Shown: positions 8,705 to 18,483 of the stretch, in pieces
Layout of the letters: each line of letters begins with the position of its first letter
Numbering within the stretch: the first letter of the stretch is position 1
Assembly: GCF_000009965.1 (NCBI RefSeq)
Contig: NC_006624.1
Location: 750,001-782,000, forward strand
Length of the DNA stretch: 32,000 bases
DNA from: Thermococcus kodakarensis KOD1
GTDB taxonomy: Archaea > Methanobacteriota_B > Thermococci > Thermococcales > Thermococcaceae
Direction: 5' to 3'
The notes under the pieces: generated by a model
The model's input: the letters and a program-made list of their open reading frames with translations, nothing else
Databases searched by the model: none
What the model was told of the DNA's origin: nothing
Made by a program: the position numbers and the translations under genes

Positions 8705-9652
8705 ATGGTGGTTAGCCTTGCAGGAAGAGATGTTCTCTGCCTCCAGGACTTCACGAGGGAGGAGCTTGAGACTATTCTCAAGACTGCCGAGATGATGAAG
8801 ATCTGGAACAAGATTGGAAAGCCGCACCGCGTTCTTGAGGGCAAGACCCTCGCCATGATATTCCAGAAGCCCTCGACGAGGACGAGGATTTCCTTTGAGG
8901 TCGGAATCTACCAGCTCGGCGGCTACGGCCTCTACCTCAACGCCCAGGACCTCCAGCTCAGGAGGGGTGAGACCATAGCCGACACGGCAAGGGTTCTCAG
9001 CAGGTACGTCGATGGAATAATGGCTAGGGTTTTCGACCACAAGGACGTTGAGGACCTCGCCAAGTACGCGAGCGTCCCTGTCATAAACGGCCTCTCGGAC
9101 TTCTCACACCCGTGCCAGGCCCTAGCTGACTACCAGACCATCCTCGAGAAGAAGGGCAGGATTCAGGGACTTAAGATTGTCTACGTCGGTGACGGAAACA
9201 ACGTCGCCCACTCCCTCATGATAGCCGGAACCAAGCTCGGTGCCAACGTTGTCGTTGCCACCCCAGAGGGATACGAGCCAGACCCGAAGGTAATCAAGTG
9301 GGCCGAGCAGAACGCGGCCGAAAGCGGCGGAAGCTTCGAGCTCCTCCACGACCCTGTTCAGGCTGTCAAGGATGCGGACGTCATCTACACCGACGTCTGG
9401 GCTAGCATGGGACAGGAGGCCGAGGCCGAGGAGAGGAGAAAGATATTCATGCCCTTCCAGGTCAACAAGGAGCTTGTAAAGCACGCCAAGCCCGACTACA
9501 TCTTCATGCACTGCCTCCCGGCCCACAGGGGAGAAGAAGTCACCGATGATGTCATAGACAGCCCGAACAGCGTCGTCTTCGACCAGGCCGAGAACAGGCT
9601 CCACGCCCAGAAGGCAGTTATGGCCCTCGTCATGGGCGGGATTAAGGTGTGA
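8705..9652 (+). CDS. argF: ornithine carbamoyltransferase
   Basis: STRTR, SMGQEAE and HCLPAHRGEEV motifs. From MVVSLAGRD onward it is near-collinear with the Pyrococcus OTCase sequence as I remember it, so the start is set at ATG 8705, not 8696. Confidence 0.93.
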   Translation: MVVSLAGRDVLCLQDFTREELETILKTAEMMKIWNKIGKPHRVLEGKTLAMIFQKPSTRTRISFEVGIYQLGGYGLYLNAQDLQLRRGETIADTARVLSRYVDGIMARVFDHKDVEDLAKYASVPVINGLSDFSHPCQALADYQTILEKKGRIQGLKIVYVGDGNNVAHSLMIAGTKLGANVVVATPEGYEPDPKVIKWAEQNAAESGGSFELLHDPVQAVKDADVIYTDVWASMGQEAEAEERRKIFMPFQVNKELVKHAKPDYIFMHCLPAHRGEEVTDDVIDSPNSVVFDQAENRLHAQKAVMALVMGGIKV

Positions 9653-9732
9653 TTTTGGACTCTTTTCTCCATTTGTCTTTGCACTTGTTACCATGCAGAG
9701 GAAGGTCTCTTCGAGTTGTAGGCATTGCAAAC

Positions 9733-9748
9733 GGCGAACCTTTTAAAT
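9733..9748 (+). promoter_or_regulatory. BRE/TATA promoter of the m5C methyltransferase gene (leaderless configuration)
   Basis: GGCGAACC then TTTTAAAT (9741-9748). ATG 9769 lies about 25 nt from the TATA centre and no SD is present upstream. Confidence 0.5.
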
Positions 9749-9768
9749 CAATTCCCTAACTCCCAAAC

Positions 9769-10698
9769 ATGCTCGAACGTCTCTTCAGCCTCGGCTACTC
9801 AAAGACCTTCGCGGAGCGCTATTACCAGCTCTGGGGTGAGAGGGCTTTAGCGATAGCCGAGGCGATGGAAAGGCCTCTTCCGAGGTGCTTCCGCGTTAAC
9901 ACGCTCCGCATCGAGGTTCACAAACTAACTAAGCTCCTCAACAAGAAGGGCTTTCAGTTTAAGAGAGTTCCCTGGGCGAGGGAGGGCTTCTGCCTCACGA
10001 GGGAACCCTTCTCGATAACCTCAACTCCCGAATATCTAAGCGGCTTACTCTACATCCAGGAAGCGAGCTCGATGTATCCTCCCGTTGCCCTCGGGCCCAA
10101 ACCAGGTGAAGTCGTCGCCGACATGGCCGCCGCCCCCGGCGGGAAGACCTCTTACATGGCCCAGCTGATGGAGAACGGGGGGATAATCTACGCCTTCGAT
10201 GTCGGCGAGGACAGGCTGAGGGAGACGAGGCTCAATCTGTCGAGGCTGGGCGTTACTAACACCATACTCTTCCACAGCTCGTCGCTCCACATAGACGAGC
10301 TCGGCGTCGAGTTCGACAAAATCCTCCTCGATGCGCCCTGCACAGGTTCCGGAACTATCCACAAGAACCCCGAGAGAAAAGCCAACAGGACAATGGAAGA
10401 CGTGAAGTTCTGCCAGGGGCTCCAGATGAAGCTCCTTGAGAAGGGCCTGAGCGTTCTGAAGAAGGGTGGCGTTCTGGTTTACTCCACCTGCTCCCTTGAA
10501 CCAGAGGAGAACGAGTTCGTAATCCAATGGGTTCTGGACAACTTTGAGGTTGAACTCCTTCCGCTTAGATACGGTGAGCCGGCTTTGACGAAGCCATTCG
10601 GCATCGAGCTGAGCGAGGAAATAAAGAAGGCGAGGCGCTTCTACCCGGACAGGCACGGGACGAGCGGCTTCTTCGTTGCGAAGATTAAGAAGCTCTAA
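9769..10698 (+). CDS. NOL1/NOP2/Sun-family RNA (cytosine-C5)-methyltransferase
   Basis: SAM-binding site DMAAAPGGKT, with catalytic motifs DAPCTGSG and YSTCSL. Confidence 0.85.
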   Translation: MLERLFSLGYSKTFAERYYQLWGERALAIAEAMERPLPRCFRVNTLRIEVHKLTKLLNKKGFQFKRVPWAREGFCLTREPFSITSTPEYLSGLLYIQEASSMYPPVALGPKPGEVVADMAAAPGGKTSYMAQLMENGGIIYAFDVGEDRLRETRLNLSRLGVTNTILFHSSSLHIDELGVEFDKILLDAPCTGSGTIHKNPERKANRTMEDVKFCQGLQMKLLEKGLSVLKKGGVLVYSTCSLEPEENEFVIQWVLDNFEVELLPLRYGEPALTKPFGIELSEEIKKARRFYPDRHGTSGFFVAKIKKL

Positions 10699-11678
10699 CC
10701 CTTTTCATTCTCGGCTTCCTTCAGAAGCTTTTCCTCGATCTCGTGCAGCCTTTTCTTCACGTCCTCGCTCAGGTGTTTCTCCAGCTCTTCCCTAGCTGCC
10801 TTCGCCAGCTCGAACTTCGAGTCGAACTTTCCGAGCTTTATCCAGTCTATTTTCTTCCCTTCCACGAAGACGTCTATGTCGCAGAACCTCTTGTAGTCCC
10901 TGTATTCGAGGCCCTTCAGGAAGAACTTCACCTTTACAGGGTCTTCCCAGGTCAGGAGCTTGAGCTTGTAAACCGGAACGCGCATGAACGGCCTCGGATA
11001 GTCCCAGTCCCAGCCCTCGCCAACGACGAAGCCTAGGTCAAGGTCTTCGAGAACCATCATGAGCCTTGCGATGTTCTCTTCGTACCTCTTCTCCGTGTCG
11101 TAAATTTTTATCGTGATTTCGTTCCACTCCGGCATCAGCTTGAGGAGGAGCATCGGGGCCTCTATGCTCAAGCGGCGGTAGACCTTCAGGAAGTGCTCCC
11201 TGACGAGGACTGCACCCTCAACTTCCTCAGGCCCGAGAGGACAGGAGAGCCTTTTTCTTGTCACAGCTATAACGGTGTCCCTCGCCTCGCCTTCGTCCAG
11301 GGCATCCCTAAGGGACATTACCTCGCCGTTGAGCTCTTCAGACAGGAACTTTAGGGCTTCTTCTACTTTTTCAGGGACTCTAAGGAATATTATCGTACTC
11401 TCCACGTGGACTTTCTCTATTGGAAGGCCGTTGTTTATGATGGCCGCCAAAACAGAGCGGGCTGAGTCCCTGATTAAAAACCCCAACTCGGGTGGTATCG
11501 TCTCCTTCTGCCATTCGAAGGTGACGAAGAGCAAAGTTTCAAACTCACTGCTCTCCTTTATCGCCCGATCAGTTGGAATTGGCTTAGCCCCGAATATCTT
11601 CGTGATGTCCTCGCTGACCGCCTCAGAGTGAGGAGTCCTCAAAAACAGGATTGAAGGGCCAAACCGCATAAACCTCAT
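10695..11678 (-). CDS. uncharacterised protein (about 327 aa) with K/E-rich C-terminal helix
   Basis: Long ORF with coding-like composition. Its start (ATG 11678 or GTG 11681) overlaps the stop of the upstream phosphoesterase gene, with GGAGGGGA just upstream. No family recognised. Confidence 0.65.
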   Translation of the reverse strand: MRFMRFGPSILFLRTPHSEAVSEDITKIFGAKPIPTDRAIKESSEFETLLFVTFEWQKETIPPELGFLIRDSARSVLAAIINNGLPIEKVHVESTIIFLRVPEKVEEALKFLSEELNGEVMSLRDALDEGEARDTVIAVTRKRLSCPLGPEEVEGAVLVREHFLKVYRRLSIEAPMLLLKLMPEWNEITIKIYDTEKRYEENIARLMMVLEDLDLGFVVGEGWDWDYPRPFMRVPVYKLKLLTWEDPVKVKFFLKGLEYRDYKRFCDIDVFVEGKKIDWIKLGKFDSKFELAKAAREELEKHLSEDVKKRLHEIEEKLLKEAENEKG

Positions 11679-12244
11679 CACAATCCCCTCCAGAGCTTGT
11701 AACCCCGGTGAGTATCGGTGCCCGGGGGATAGCCTATCTTTACAACCCGCCTTGAGGGAAGAAAGACGATGTTGATACTTCTGAGGCCGTTTAGCCCTCC
11801 TGGTATCACTTCGAAGTTGTGCCCGTAGAGTCTGAAATCTGCATCCAATCTCGCAACTTCTTCCGGTTTATGGCCAAGTGCAAACTTTACCCCCTCTATC
11901 TCAACGACCGTGCCAGGTTCCACCACTGAACCCTCGAAGTACTCTTTCAGAATTTCCAGATCGTCCTCGTTGCCGGGGACAACGTAAAGCTCAGCCCCTG
12001 AGCCTTTCAAAATTCTCGCAAGCTTTCTGACTCCGCCCACGTAGAGAGGTTTCAGGTCAGGTCTTCTCTCAAGCTTTATGTTGTCAACGAGGTCTCCAGT
12101 GTGGACTATGTACTCAGGATGAAGCTCATCTATAAGCTGCGCTATCCTGGGGTAAGCCCTCTCAGGTGTGTCGCTTATGTGGAGTAGGGCCTTTTCATCT
12201 TCGTTCTCTCTTCGAAGGCGCTTTCTCCGAAGGAACTCAAGCAT
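11678..12244 (-). CDS. calcineurin-like metallophosphoesterase
   Basis: Motif series HISDTP ... HTGDLVD ... VPGNEDD ... GH. ATG 12244 (MLEFLRRKRL) lies 9-10 nt after AAGGTG. The ORF-track GTG 12253 is too close to that SD. Confidence 0.8.
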   Translation of the reverse strand: MLEFLRRKRLRRENEDEKALLHISDTPERAYPRIAQLIDELHPEYIVHTGDLVDNIKLERRPDLKPLYVGGVRKLARILKGSGAELYVVPGNEDDLEILKEYFEGSVVEPGTVVEIEGVKFALGHKPEEVARLDADFRLYGHNFEVIPGGLNGLRSINIVFLPSRRVVKIGYPPGTDTHRGYKLWRGL

Positions 12245-12293
12245 AGCGGGCACGGCACCTTTTTACTGCTTCTCTTCAATATACGTCGGGAGA

Positions 12294-12303
12294 CCTTATA
12301 AGG
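12294..12303. promoter_or_regulatory. palindromic TATA element CCTTATAAGG in a divergent intergenic region
   Basis: Perfect 10-bp palindrome centred 35 nt upstream of ATG 12334. A second AT box, AATATA (12279-12284), is positioned for the divergent phosphoesterase gene. Confidence 0.4.
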
Positions 12304-12333
12304 CATGCTTCCATAAGTCAGGATGGTGATAGG

Positions 12334-14065
<1,732 letters not shown>

Positions 14066-14112
14066 ACGTGGAATTGAGTATCCACAAGTTTTAAGCTCCC
14101 CAATTTTCAGTT

Positions 14113-14128
14113 CCAAAAAGCTTTTATC
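14113..14128 (+). promoter_or_regulatory. BRE/TATA promoter of the membrane-protein gene
   Basis: CCAAAAAG followed by CTTTTATC. Predicted TSS near 14151, leaving a leader of about 40 nt. Confidence 0.5.
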
Positions 14129-14132
14129 TTTT

Positions 14133-14167
14133 AATTCAATCGATACATGTATTGTCAATTCAAATCG
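14133..14167. promoter_or_regulatory. operator-like element: 10-bp perfect palindrome flanked by direct repeats
   Basis: AATTCAATCG (14133-14142), ATACATGTAT (14143-14152, perfect palindrome) and AATTCAAATCG (14157-14167). The element spans the predicted TSS. Confidence 0.35.
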
Positions 14168-14190
14168 CTCTACCGTAGAGGTGATGAAAA

Positions 14191-15573
14191 ATGAAGAGGA
14201 TTAACACTCTGATGGCGCTGTTGATAACAGGTTATATTATAGGAGTACTGAACTACGTCCTTCTTCCCAAGTACAACATAATCTTCGGTCTCAAAGGAAT
14301 ACTGATAGGGGCATTAGTCTCCCTTGCAGTCCTCGTATTAATCCGCTCTGAGACTGAAAGTACCAAAAGGACAAGGTATTTACCTTATGAGTTTATGTTC
14401 AAGGTCTCGCGTACTCCAGGCCTGATGATAACGTTCGTTCTGTTCCTTGTCATAGTTGCTGGAATCACGGCGTATCTCTCTGGATGGGCAATGATATTCC
14501 TTCTCGGGCAGGATAGCAGCTTCATAGTCCCCCTGGCGATCCTGACAATCCTAATAGCCGCACTCCTCCTGCTTCTCGCAAAGGGCAGAACTGTCGAACT
14601 CTTAGCGGTTCTCTCAGTCTTGGTTATAGTCCTAACACTTGTCTCTGTCTTTCTAATACGCAACGAGGCCTCATCGGTGATAGTCTCAAAGCAGGCAAAG
14701 CTATACATGGATCATGTGCTCTCGAGTATGTGGTCGTTTGATTCGCCCCTAAACATACAGGGGTTGGCTACATTCTTCTCTGGGATCCTGCTGGCGTTTG
14801 GTTTGGGAGCCGGCGTCTATTACGTCATAGGAAGCTTTTCTCCAGAAGAACTGAACGTGGAGAGAGTCCTGTTGGGAGTCTTTGTCCTTCAGCTGATCTT
14901 GGGCATTGCAGCCTCGTACACTGTAGCTTACTCCCTTGGGGCCTCCTTCCAGGCCTTTGAAGACGCCGTTCGCAATCCCAACGCATCCCCAGAAGAGGTA
15001 TTCAGGCTCTATCGGGAATTCCAGACATTGAAATCATACACTGGGAATCCATCAGTCTCCGTTCACGAGTCAATCCAGGCATTCTACTTAATACCCTCCA
15101 TTCTCCTTGACGTCCTCCCAAAAGCCAAACTAATGGTATACTCCCTCCTGATATCTCTATACATGGCAGGCTTCACAACGGTAATAGTCCTTATAGAGAT
15201 GGGTGCTCAGATGACGGCAGAAGTCGTCCAGACAAACAGAAGAAACGCCCTAGCAACGGTCTCAGTCCTGAGCCTGGCGATTTCCCTTGCCATGTGGAAC
15301 GAGGCATTATTTAAGGTATTCATCTTCCTCCCGTTCAGTATCGTGGGAATCTTGGCTGCTATCGAGGCATATCCCTCCCTCAAGAGCCTCCAATCCCATG
15401 AAAAGCTCCTGACTGCCCTCGGAGCCGCAGTAATGCTCGTGATAGGGCTTGGCTCCCTTTACTATTCCCTTACCGGGATCTTTGCCATGAAACTCGCGGC
15501 CATTACCGGCCTGATACTGCTAGTGCCCGTGGCATTTAATAGTATGCTTCTCAGAAGCGGAAGACAAAGGTAG
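14191..15573 (+). CDS. polytopic membrane protein (about 12 TM), function unknown, possibly a transporter
   Basis: GAGGTGAT lies 4 nt before the ATG. Hydrophobic segments run throughout. Hand-counted G+C is 127/300 (42%) over five 60-nt lines, lower than neighbouring genes. Confidence 0.7.
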   Translation: MKRINTLMALLITGYIIGVLNYVLLPKYNIIFGLKGILIGALVSLAVLVLIRSETESTKRTRYLPYEFMFKVSRTPGLMITFVLFLVIVAGITAYLSGWAMIFLLGQDSSFIVPLAILTILIAALLLLLAKGRTVELLAVLSVLVIVLTLVSVFLIRNEASSVIVSKQAKLYMDHVLSSMWSFDSPLNIQGLATFFSGILLAFGLGAGVYYVIGSFSPEELNVERVLLGVFVLQLILGIAASYTVAYSLGASFQAFEDAVRNPNASPEEVFRLYREFQTLKSYTGNPSVSVHESIQAFYLIPSILLDVLPKAKLMVYSLLISLYMAGFTTVIVLIEMGAQMTAEVVQTNRRNALATVSVLSLAISLAMWNEALFKVFIFLPFSIVGILAAIEAYPSLKSLQSHEKLLTALGAAVMLVIGLGSLYYSLTGIFAMKLAAITGLILLVPVAFNSMLLRSGRQR

Positions 15574-15583
15574 CTCCCCTTTT

Positions 15584-15599
15584 CAAAAATTTTTTAAAT
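15584..15599 (+). promoter_or_regulatory. BRE/TATA promoter of aIF5A
   Basis: CAAAAATTTTTTAAAT lies 45-60 nt upstream of ATG 15644. SD GGAGGT at 15631-15636 falls within the predicted leader. Confidence 0.55.
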
Positions 15600-15643
15600 G
15601 CCCCTTCCTATGCAAACCAGAACGCTTATGGGAGGTATGTGAG

Positions 15644-16054
15644 ATGGGAGACAAGACTAAGGTTCAGGTCAGCAAGCTCAAGCCGGGCAGGTACATAATT
15701 ATAGACGGTGAGCCGTGCAGGATCGTCAACGTTACGGTCTCCTCACCGGGCAAGCACGGTTCCGCCAAGGCCAGGATCGAGGCCGTCGGCATCTTCGACG
15801 GCAAGGTCAGGAGCATCGTCAAGCCGACCAGCGCCGAAGTTGACGTCCCGATCATCGACAAGCGCGTCGGTCAGATCATTGCCATAACCCCCGATACCGT
15901 CCAGCTCATGGACATGGAGACCTACGAGACCTTCGACGTCCCGATCGAGGGCGGCGTCGACGACGAGGTCAAGGGCCAGCTCACCGAGGGAATAACCGTC
16001 GAGTACTGGGAGACCCTCGGTAGAATTCAGATAAAGAAGATCAGGGGCGAGTGA
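15644..16054 (+). CDS. eif5a: translation initiation/elongation factor aIF5A
   Basis: Hypusine loop [14 protein letters not shown], 136 aa, GGAGGT 7 nt before the ATG, strongly biased codon usage. Confidence 0.95.
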   Translation: MGDKTKVQVSKLKPGRYIIIDGEPCRIVNVTVSSPGKHGSAKARIEAVGIFDGKVRSIVKPTSAEVDVPIIDKRVGQIIAITPDTVQLMDMETYETFDVPIEGGVDDEVKGQLTEGITVEYWETLGRIQIKKIRGE

Positions 16055-16073
16055 TCCTTTCTGTTTTTCTTTC
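16055..16073 (+). terminator. oligo-T terminator after aIF5A
   Basis: TCCTTTCTGTTTTTCTTTC immediately follows the TGA stop (T5 at 16064-16068). Confidence 0.4.
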
Positions 16074-16098
16074 ACACCCCTTGGGTTTTAACTTGAAA

Positions 16099-16114
16099 CG
16101 AAACTCATTTAAGA
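16099..16114 (+). promoter_or_regulatory. BRE/TATA promoter of the USP-permease-USP operon
   Basis: CGAAAC followed by TCATTTAAGA, 31-46 nt upstream of ATG 16145. Confidence 0.45.
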
Positions 16115-16125
16115 GGGCCTTTTCT

Positions 16126-16139
16126 CCCCCAGCTGGGGG
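16126..16139. promoter_or_regulatory. 14-bp perfect palindrome CCCCCAGCTGGGGG at TSS/RBS position
   Basis: Read directly at 16126-16139, ending 5 nt before ATG 16145. It lies between the TATA and the start codon. Confidence 0.4.
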
Positions 16140-16144
16140 TAGTT

Positions 16145-16690
16145 ATGGGCTGGCTTCACGATGTAATACTCAGAAAGTTTAACAACATAGCCGGCACAAG
16201 GTATGAGGAAATACTCAAGGCCTACGAGAACTTCTTTTTAACCGAGGAGGAGCTAGTGATTCCAGAAATAAACTCCATACTGCTCGTTTTTGACAGGTTC
16301 TCTGAAAAAGTTCCAGAGGAAGTCCACGAGACACTCTCAGCGTTCGAAGAAGCGGCTGTCCGGATAGTTTACGTAATCGACGAGGGCGTTCTCAAAATGA
16401 TACGTGAAACACTCGGAGAAGAAGCTGCCGAGGAATTCAGAAAAAAGGAGATGGCATTTGCCGAGACTTTCCTCAAAGAGGTTGAAGAAAAGCTGGGCGA
16501 TCTGAACATCAAGTTTAGCAGGAAAATAGCCTTCGGGGACAAGGCTGAGTACGTTGAGGGTATTGCCAAGAAATACGACTTACTCGTAATCTCCCGTCAC
16601 TACGGCTCCGAGACGACGAGAACACACCGCGTAAGTCCCGTTGTCTTTAGGATAGTCCAGCACGTTGAAAAGCCCGTTGTTCTCTACTGA
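16145..16690 (+). CDS. universal-stress-protein-like protein (degenerate USP domain with N-terminal extension)
   Basis: C-terminal GDKAEYVEGIAKKYDLLVISRHYG...VEKPVVLY matches the USP fold pattern, but the ATP-binding glycine motif is not evident. First gene of a tight three-gene unit. Confidence 0.6.
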   Translation: MGWLHDVILRKFNNIAGTRYEEILKAYENFFLTEEELVIPEINSILLVFDRFSEKVPEEVHETLSAFEEAAVRIVYVIDEGVLKMIRETLGEEAAEEFRKKEMAFAETFLKEVEEKLGDLNIKFSRKIAFGDKAEYVEGIAKKYDLLVISRHYGSETTRTHRVSPVVFRIVQHVEKPVVLY

Positions 16691-16700
16691 GGTGATGAAA

Positions 16701-17981
16701 ATGGAGCCAATGGAGCTGATAGCACTTGCGATATTCATAGGCGTCTATGGGCTCATAATGAGCGAGAGAATTCACCGCACGGTAGCGGCAATGGTCGGGG
16801 CATCGCTGGTGCTCCTGATTAAGATAGTTCCGTGGGAGAAAGTGCCGGAGTATCTTGACCTCGACACGATACTCCTCCTTGCGGGAATGATGGTCGTCGT
16901 GAACGTAGCCAGGGAGAGCGGACTGTTTGAGTACATAGCCATAAAAACCGCCAAACTCTCAAAGGGAAGCCCGATGAAAGTCCTCCTTCTGTTCTCGGTG
17001 GTGACGGCCGTCGTCAGCGCGTTTCTCGACAACGTTACGACGGTTCTCCTCCTGACGCCAATGCTCCTGTATATAACCAAGAAAATGGGTGTGAACCCAA
17101 TACCGTTTCTGCTCTCGGAGGTGTTTGCCTCGAACATCGGCGGAACCGCGACGCTCATCGGTGACCCGCCCAACATTATGATAGGCTCCGCAGCTAACCT
17201 CAGCTTCAACGAGTTCATCCTCAACATGGGACCCATAGCTCTCGTTGACCTCTTTGCGACCATTGGAATTATCTACCTCGCTTACCGCGCCGAGATGAAC
17301 TCTCACAAGGAAAACGAAGAAGCAATTAAGATGACTATAATGTCGCTGGACGAAAGGGATGCCATCAGGGATCCCTCACTTTTCAGAAAGTCCATAACAG
17401 TGCTCATTGGTGTCGTCATTGGATTCTTCTTCCACGACAAACTTGGTGTTGAGCCTGCTGTTATAGCCCTCACAGGAGCCTCAATACTGCTCCTCTGGAG
17501 CAGAGCGTCACCTGAACACGCACTTGAGAAAGTCGAGTGGGCGACGCTCTTCTTCTTCGGCGGCCTGTTCATAATCGTTGGCTCCCTAGTTGAGACGGGT
17601 CTGATCACCCAGGTCGCCAACTGGATGGTTAGTCACATCCACAGCGAGGGCGAGGCAGTCCTGATAATTTCGTGGTTCTCAGCGTTCTCAAGTGCAATAG
17701 TTGACAACATCCCATTCACAGCGACTATGATACCGCTGATAAAGGCAATGGGTAATCACATGAACCCCTACCCGCTCTGGTGGGCGCTCTCACTGGGAGC
17801 GTGCCTCGGAGGGAATGGTACTGCCATAGGTGCCAGCGCGAACGTCGTCGTCATAGGTATAGCCCACCGCGAGGGCGTGAGAATAACGTTCAACGACTTC
17901 CTGAAGGTTGGAATGACCATTATGGTAACGACCGTGGCCATAGGGACGGCTATAATCTGGTTGAGGTACGTTGGGTTGTGA
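16701..17981 (+). CDS. ArsB/NhaD-superfamily permease (CitMHS-type anion/ion transporter)
   Basis: Multi-TM protein with FLDNVTTVLLLTPM, NIGGTATLIGDPPNIMIG and a mirrored second half (VDNIPFTATMIPL, LGGNGTAIGASANV). ATG 16701 with GGTGAT at 16691-16696. The ORF-track start at 16665 lies inside the upstream gene. Confidence 0.8.
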   Translation: MEPMELIALAIFIGVYGLIMSERIHRTVAAMVGASLVLLIKIVPWEKVPEYLDLDTILLLAGMMVVVNVARESGLFEYIAIKTAKLSKGSPMKVLLLFSVVTAVVSAFLDNVTTVLLLTPMLLYITKKMGVNPIPFLLSEVFASNIGGTATLIGDPPNIMIGSAANLSFNEFILNMGPIALVDLFATIGIIYLAYRAEMNSHKENEEAIKMTIMSLDERDAIRDPSLFRKSITVLIGVVIGFFFHDKLGVEPAVIALTGASILLLWSRASPEHALEKVEWATLFFFGGLFIIVGSLVETGLITQVANWMVSHIHSEGEAVLIISWFSAFSSAIVDNIPFTATMIPLIKAMGNHMNPYPLWWALSLGACLGGNGTAIGASANVVVIGIAHREGVRITFNDFLKVGMTIMVTTVAIGTAIIWLRYVGL

Positions 17982-17991
17982 GGTGGTGGAT

Positions 17992-18441
17992 ATGAGGATA
18001 CTCGTGCTCGTGGATGGCTCAAAGTGGAGCCAAAAGGCAGCCCTTCATGCGTTTTCGGTGGCGAAGAAAAAGGGAGCTAAGGTGGTACTGTTCTCCGTCC
18101 TGGACAGGAAGGAGGCGCAGGCGATAGCGGTAAGCCTCGCAATGAGAAGCGGCGACGTTGAAAAGCTCAAGAAGTTCGAGGAAACTGCCTGGAAGGAGAT
18201 GAAGAAGGGCATCCACGACGTTATCTCCGCCCTTCTGGAGCTCGGACAGAGGGAGGGTATCAACTGCTCCTTCAGGATTGTCGAAGGAAACGCCCGCGAG
18301 AAAGTCCTTGAGGAGGCAAACAGCGGGAAGTACTCCCTTGTCGTGATGGGTGCGTACGGAAAGAGCGGAAAGACGAGGATAGGCTCTCTCCTCGAGGACG
18401 TTGTGGGGGTGATAAAGCCTCCCGTGATGATAGTCAGGTGA
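17992..18441 (+). CDS. universal stress protein (UspA family)
   Basis: MRILVLVDGSKWSQKAL... and LVVMGAYGKSGKTRIGSLLEDVV...PVMIV. AGGTGGTGG lies directly upstream. The ATG is 10 nt after the permease stop. Confidence 0.8.
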   Translation: MRILVLVDGSKWSQKAALHAFSVAKKKGAKVVLFSVLDRKEAQAIAVSLAMRSGDVEKLKKFEETAWKEMKKGIHDVISALLELGQREGINCSFRIVEGNAREKVLEEANSGKYSLVVMGAYGKSGKTRIGSLLEDVVGVIKPPVMIVR

Positions 18442-18483
18442 AGGCTTTTAAGCCCTCTTCTATTTTTGCCTTTAGGTGAGAGA

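Noticed and set aside
8540-9730. 166-aa and 202-aa ORFs on the - strand (8540..9040, 9122..9730)
   Set aside because: Both are antisense to argF, which aligns almost residue for residue with the known OTCase sequence I remember. They have no start context and their composition does not look protein-like.
10045-10656. 203-aa ORF on the - strand
   Set aside because: Antisense shadow of the m5C methyltransferase gene. No SD and no recognisable motifs.
10740-10830. KRFCDIDVFVEGKKIDW segment of the 328-aa protein resembling the CitX (holo-citrate-lyase synthase) LWDIDVL motif
   Set aside because: Only a 4-5 residue match (DIDV), with no supporting similarity elsewhere that I can see. It is too weak to base a call on and should be tested only by profile search.
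16772-17620. Three 105-163-aa ORFs on the - strand inside the permease gene
   Set aside because: They are antisense to a clearly membrane-protein-encoding frame. Their products are R/S/T-rich, and none has an SD.
14181-18430. C-box-like GTGATGA strings (14181-14187, 16692-16698, 18424-18430) as possible C/D-box sRNAs
   Set aside because: Each is part of an SD-plus-start context or lies within coding sequence. No correctly spaced CTGA D or D-prime boxes or terminal stems were found nearby. I saw no convincing C/D sRNA in any spacer.
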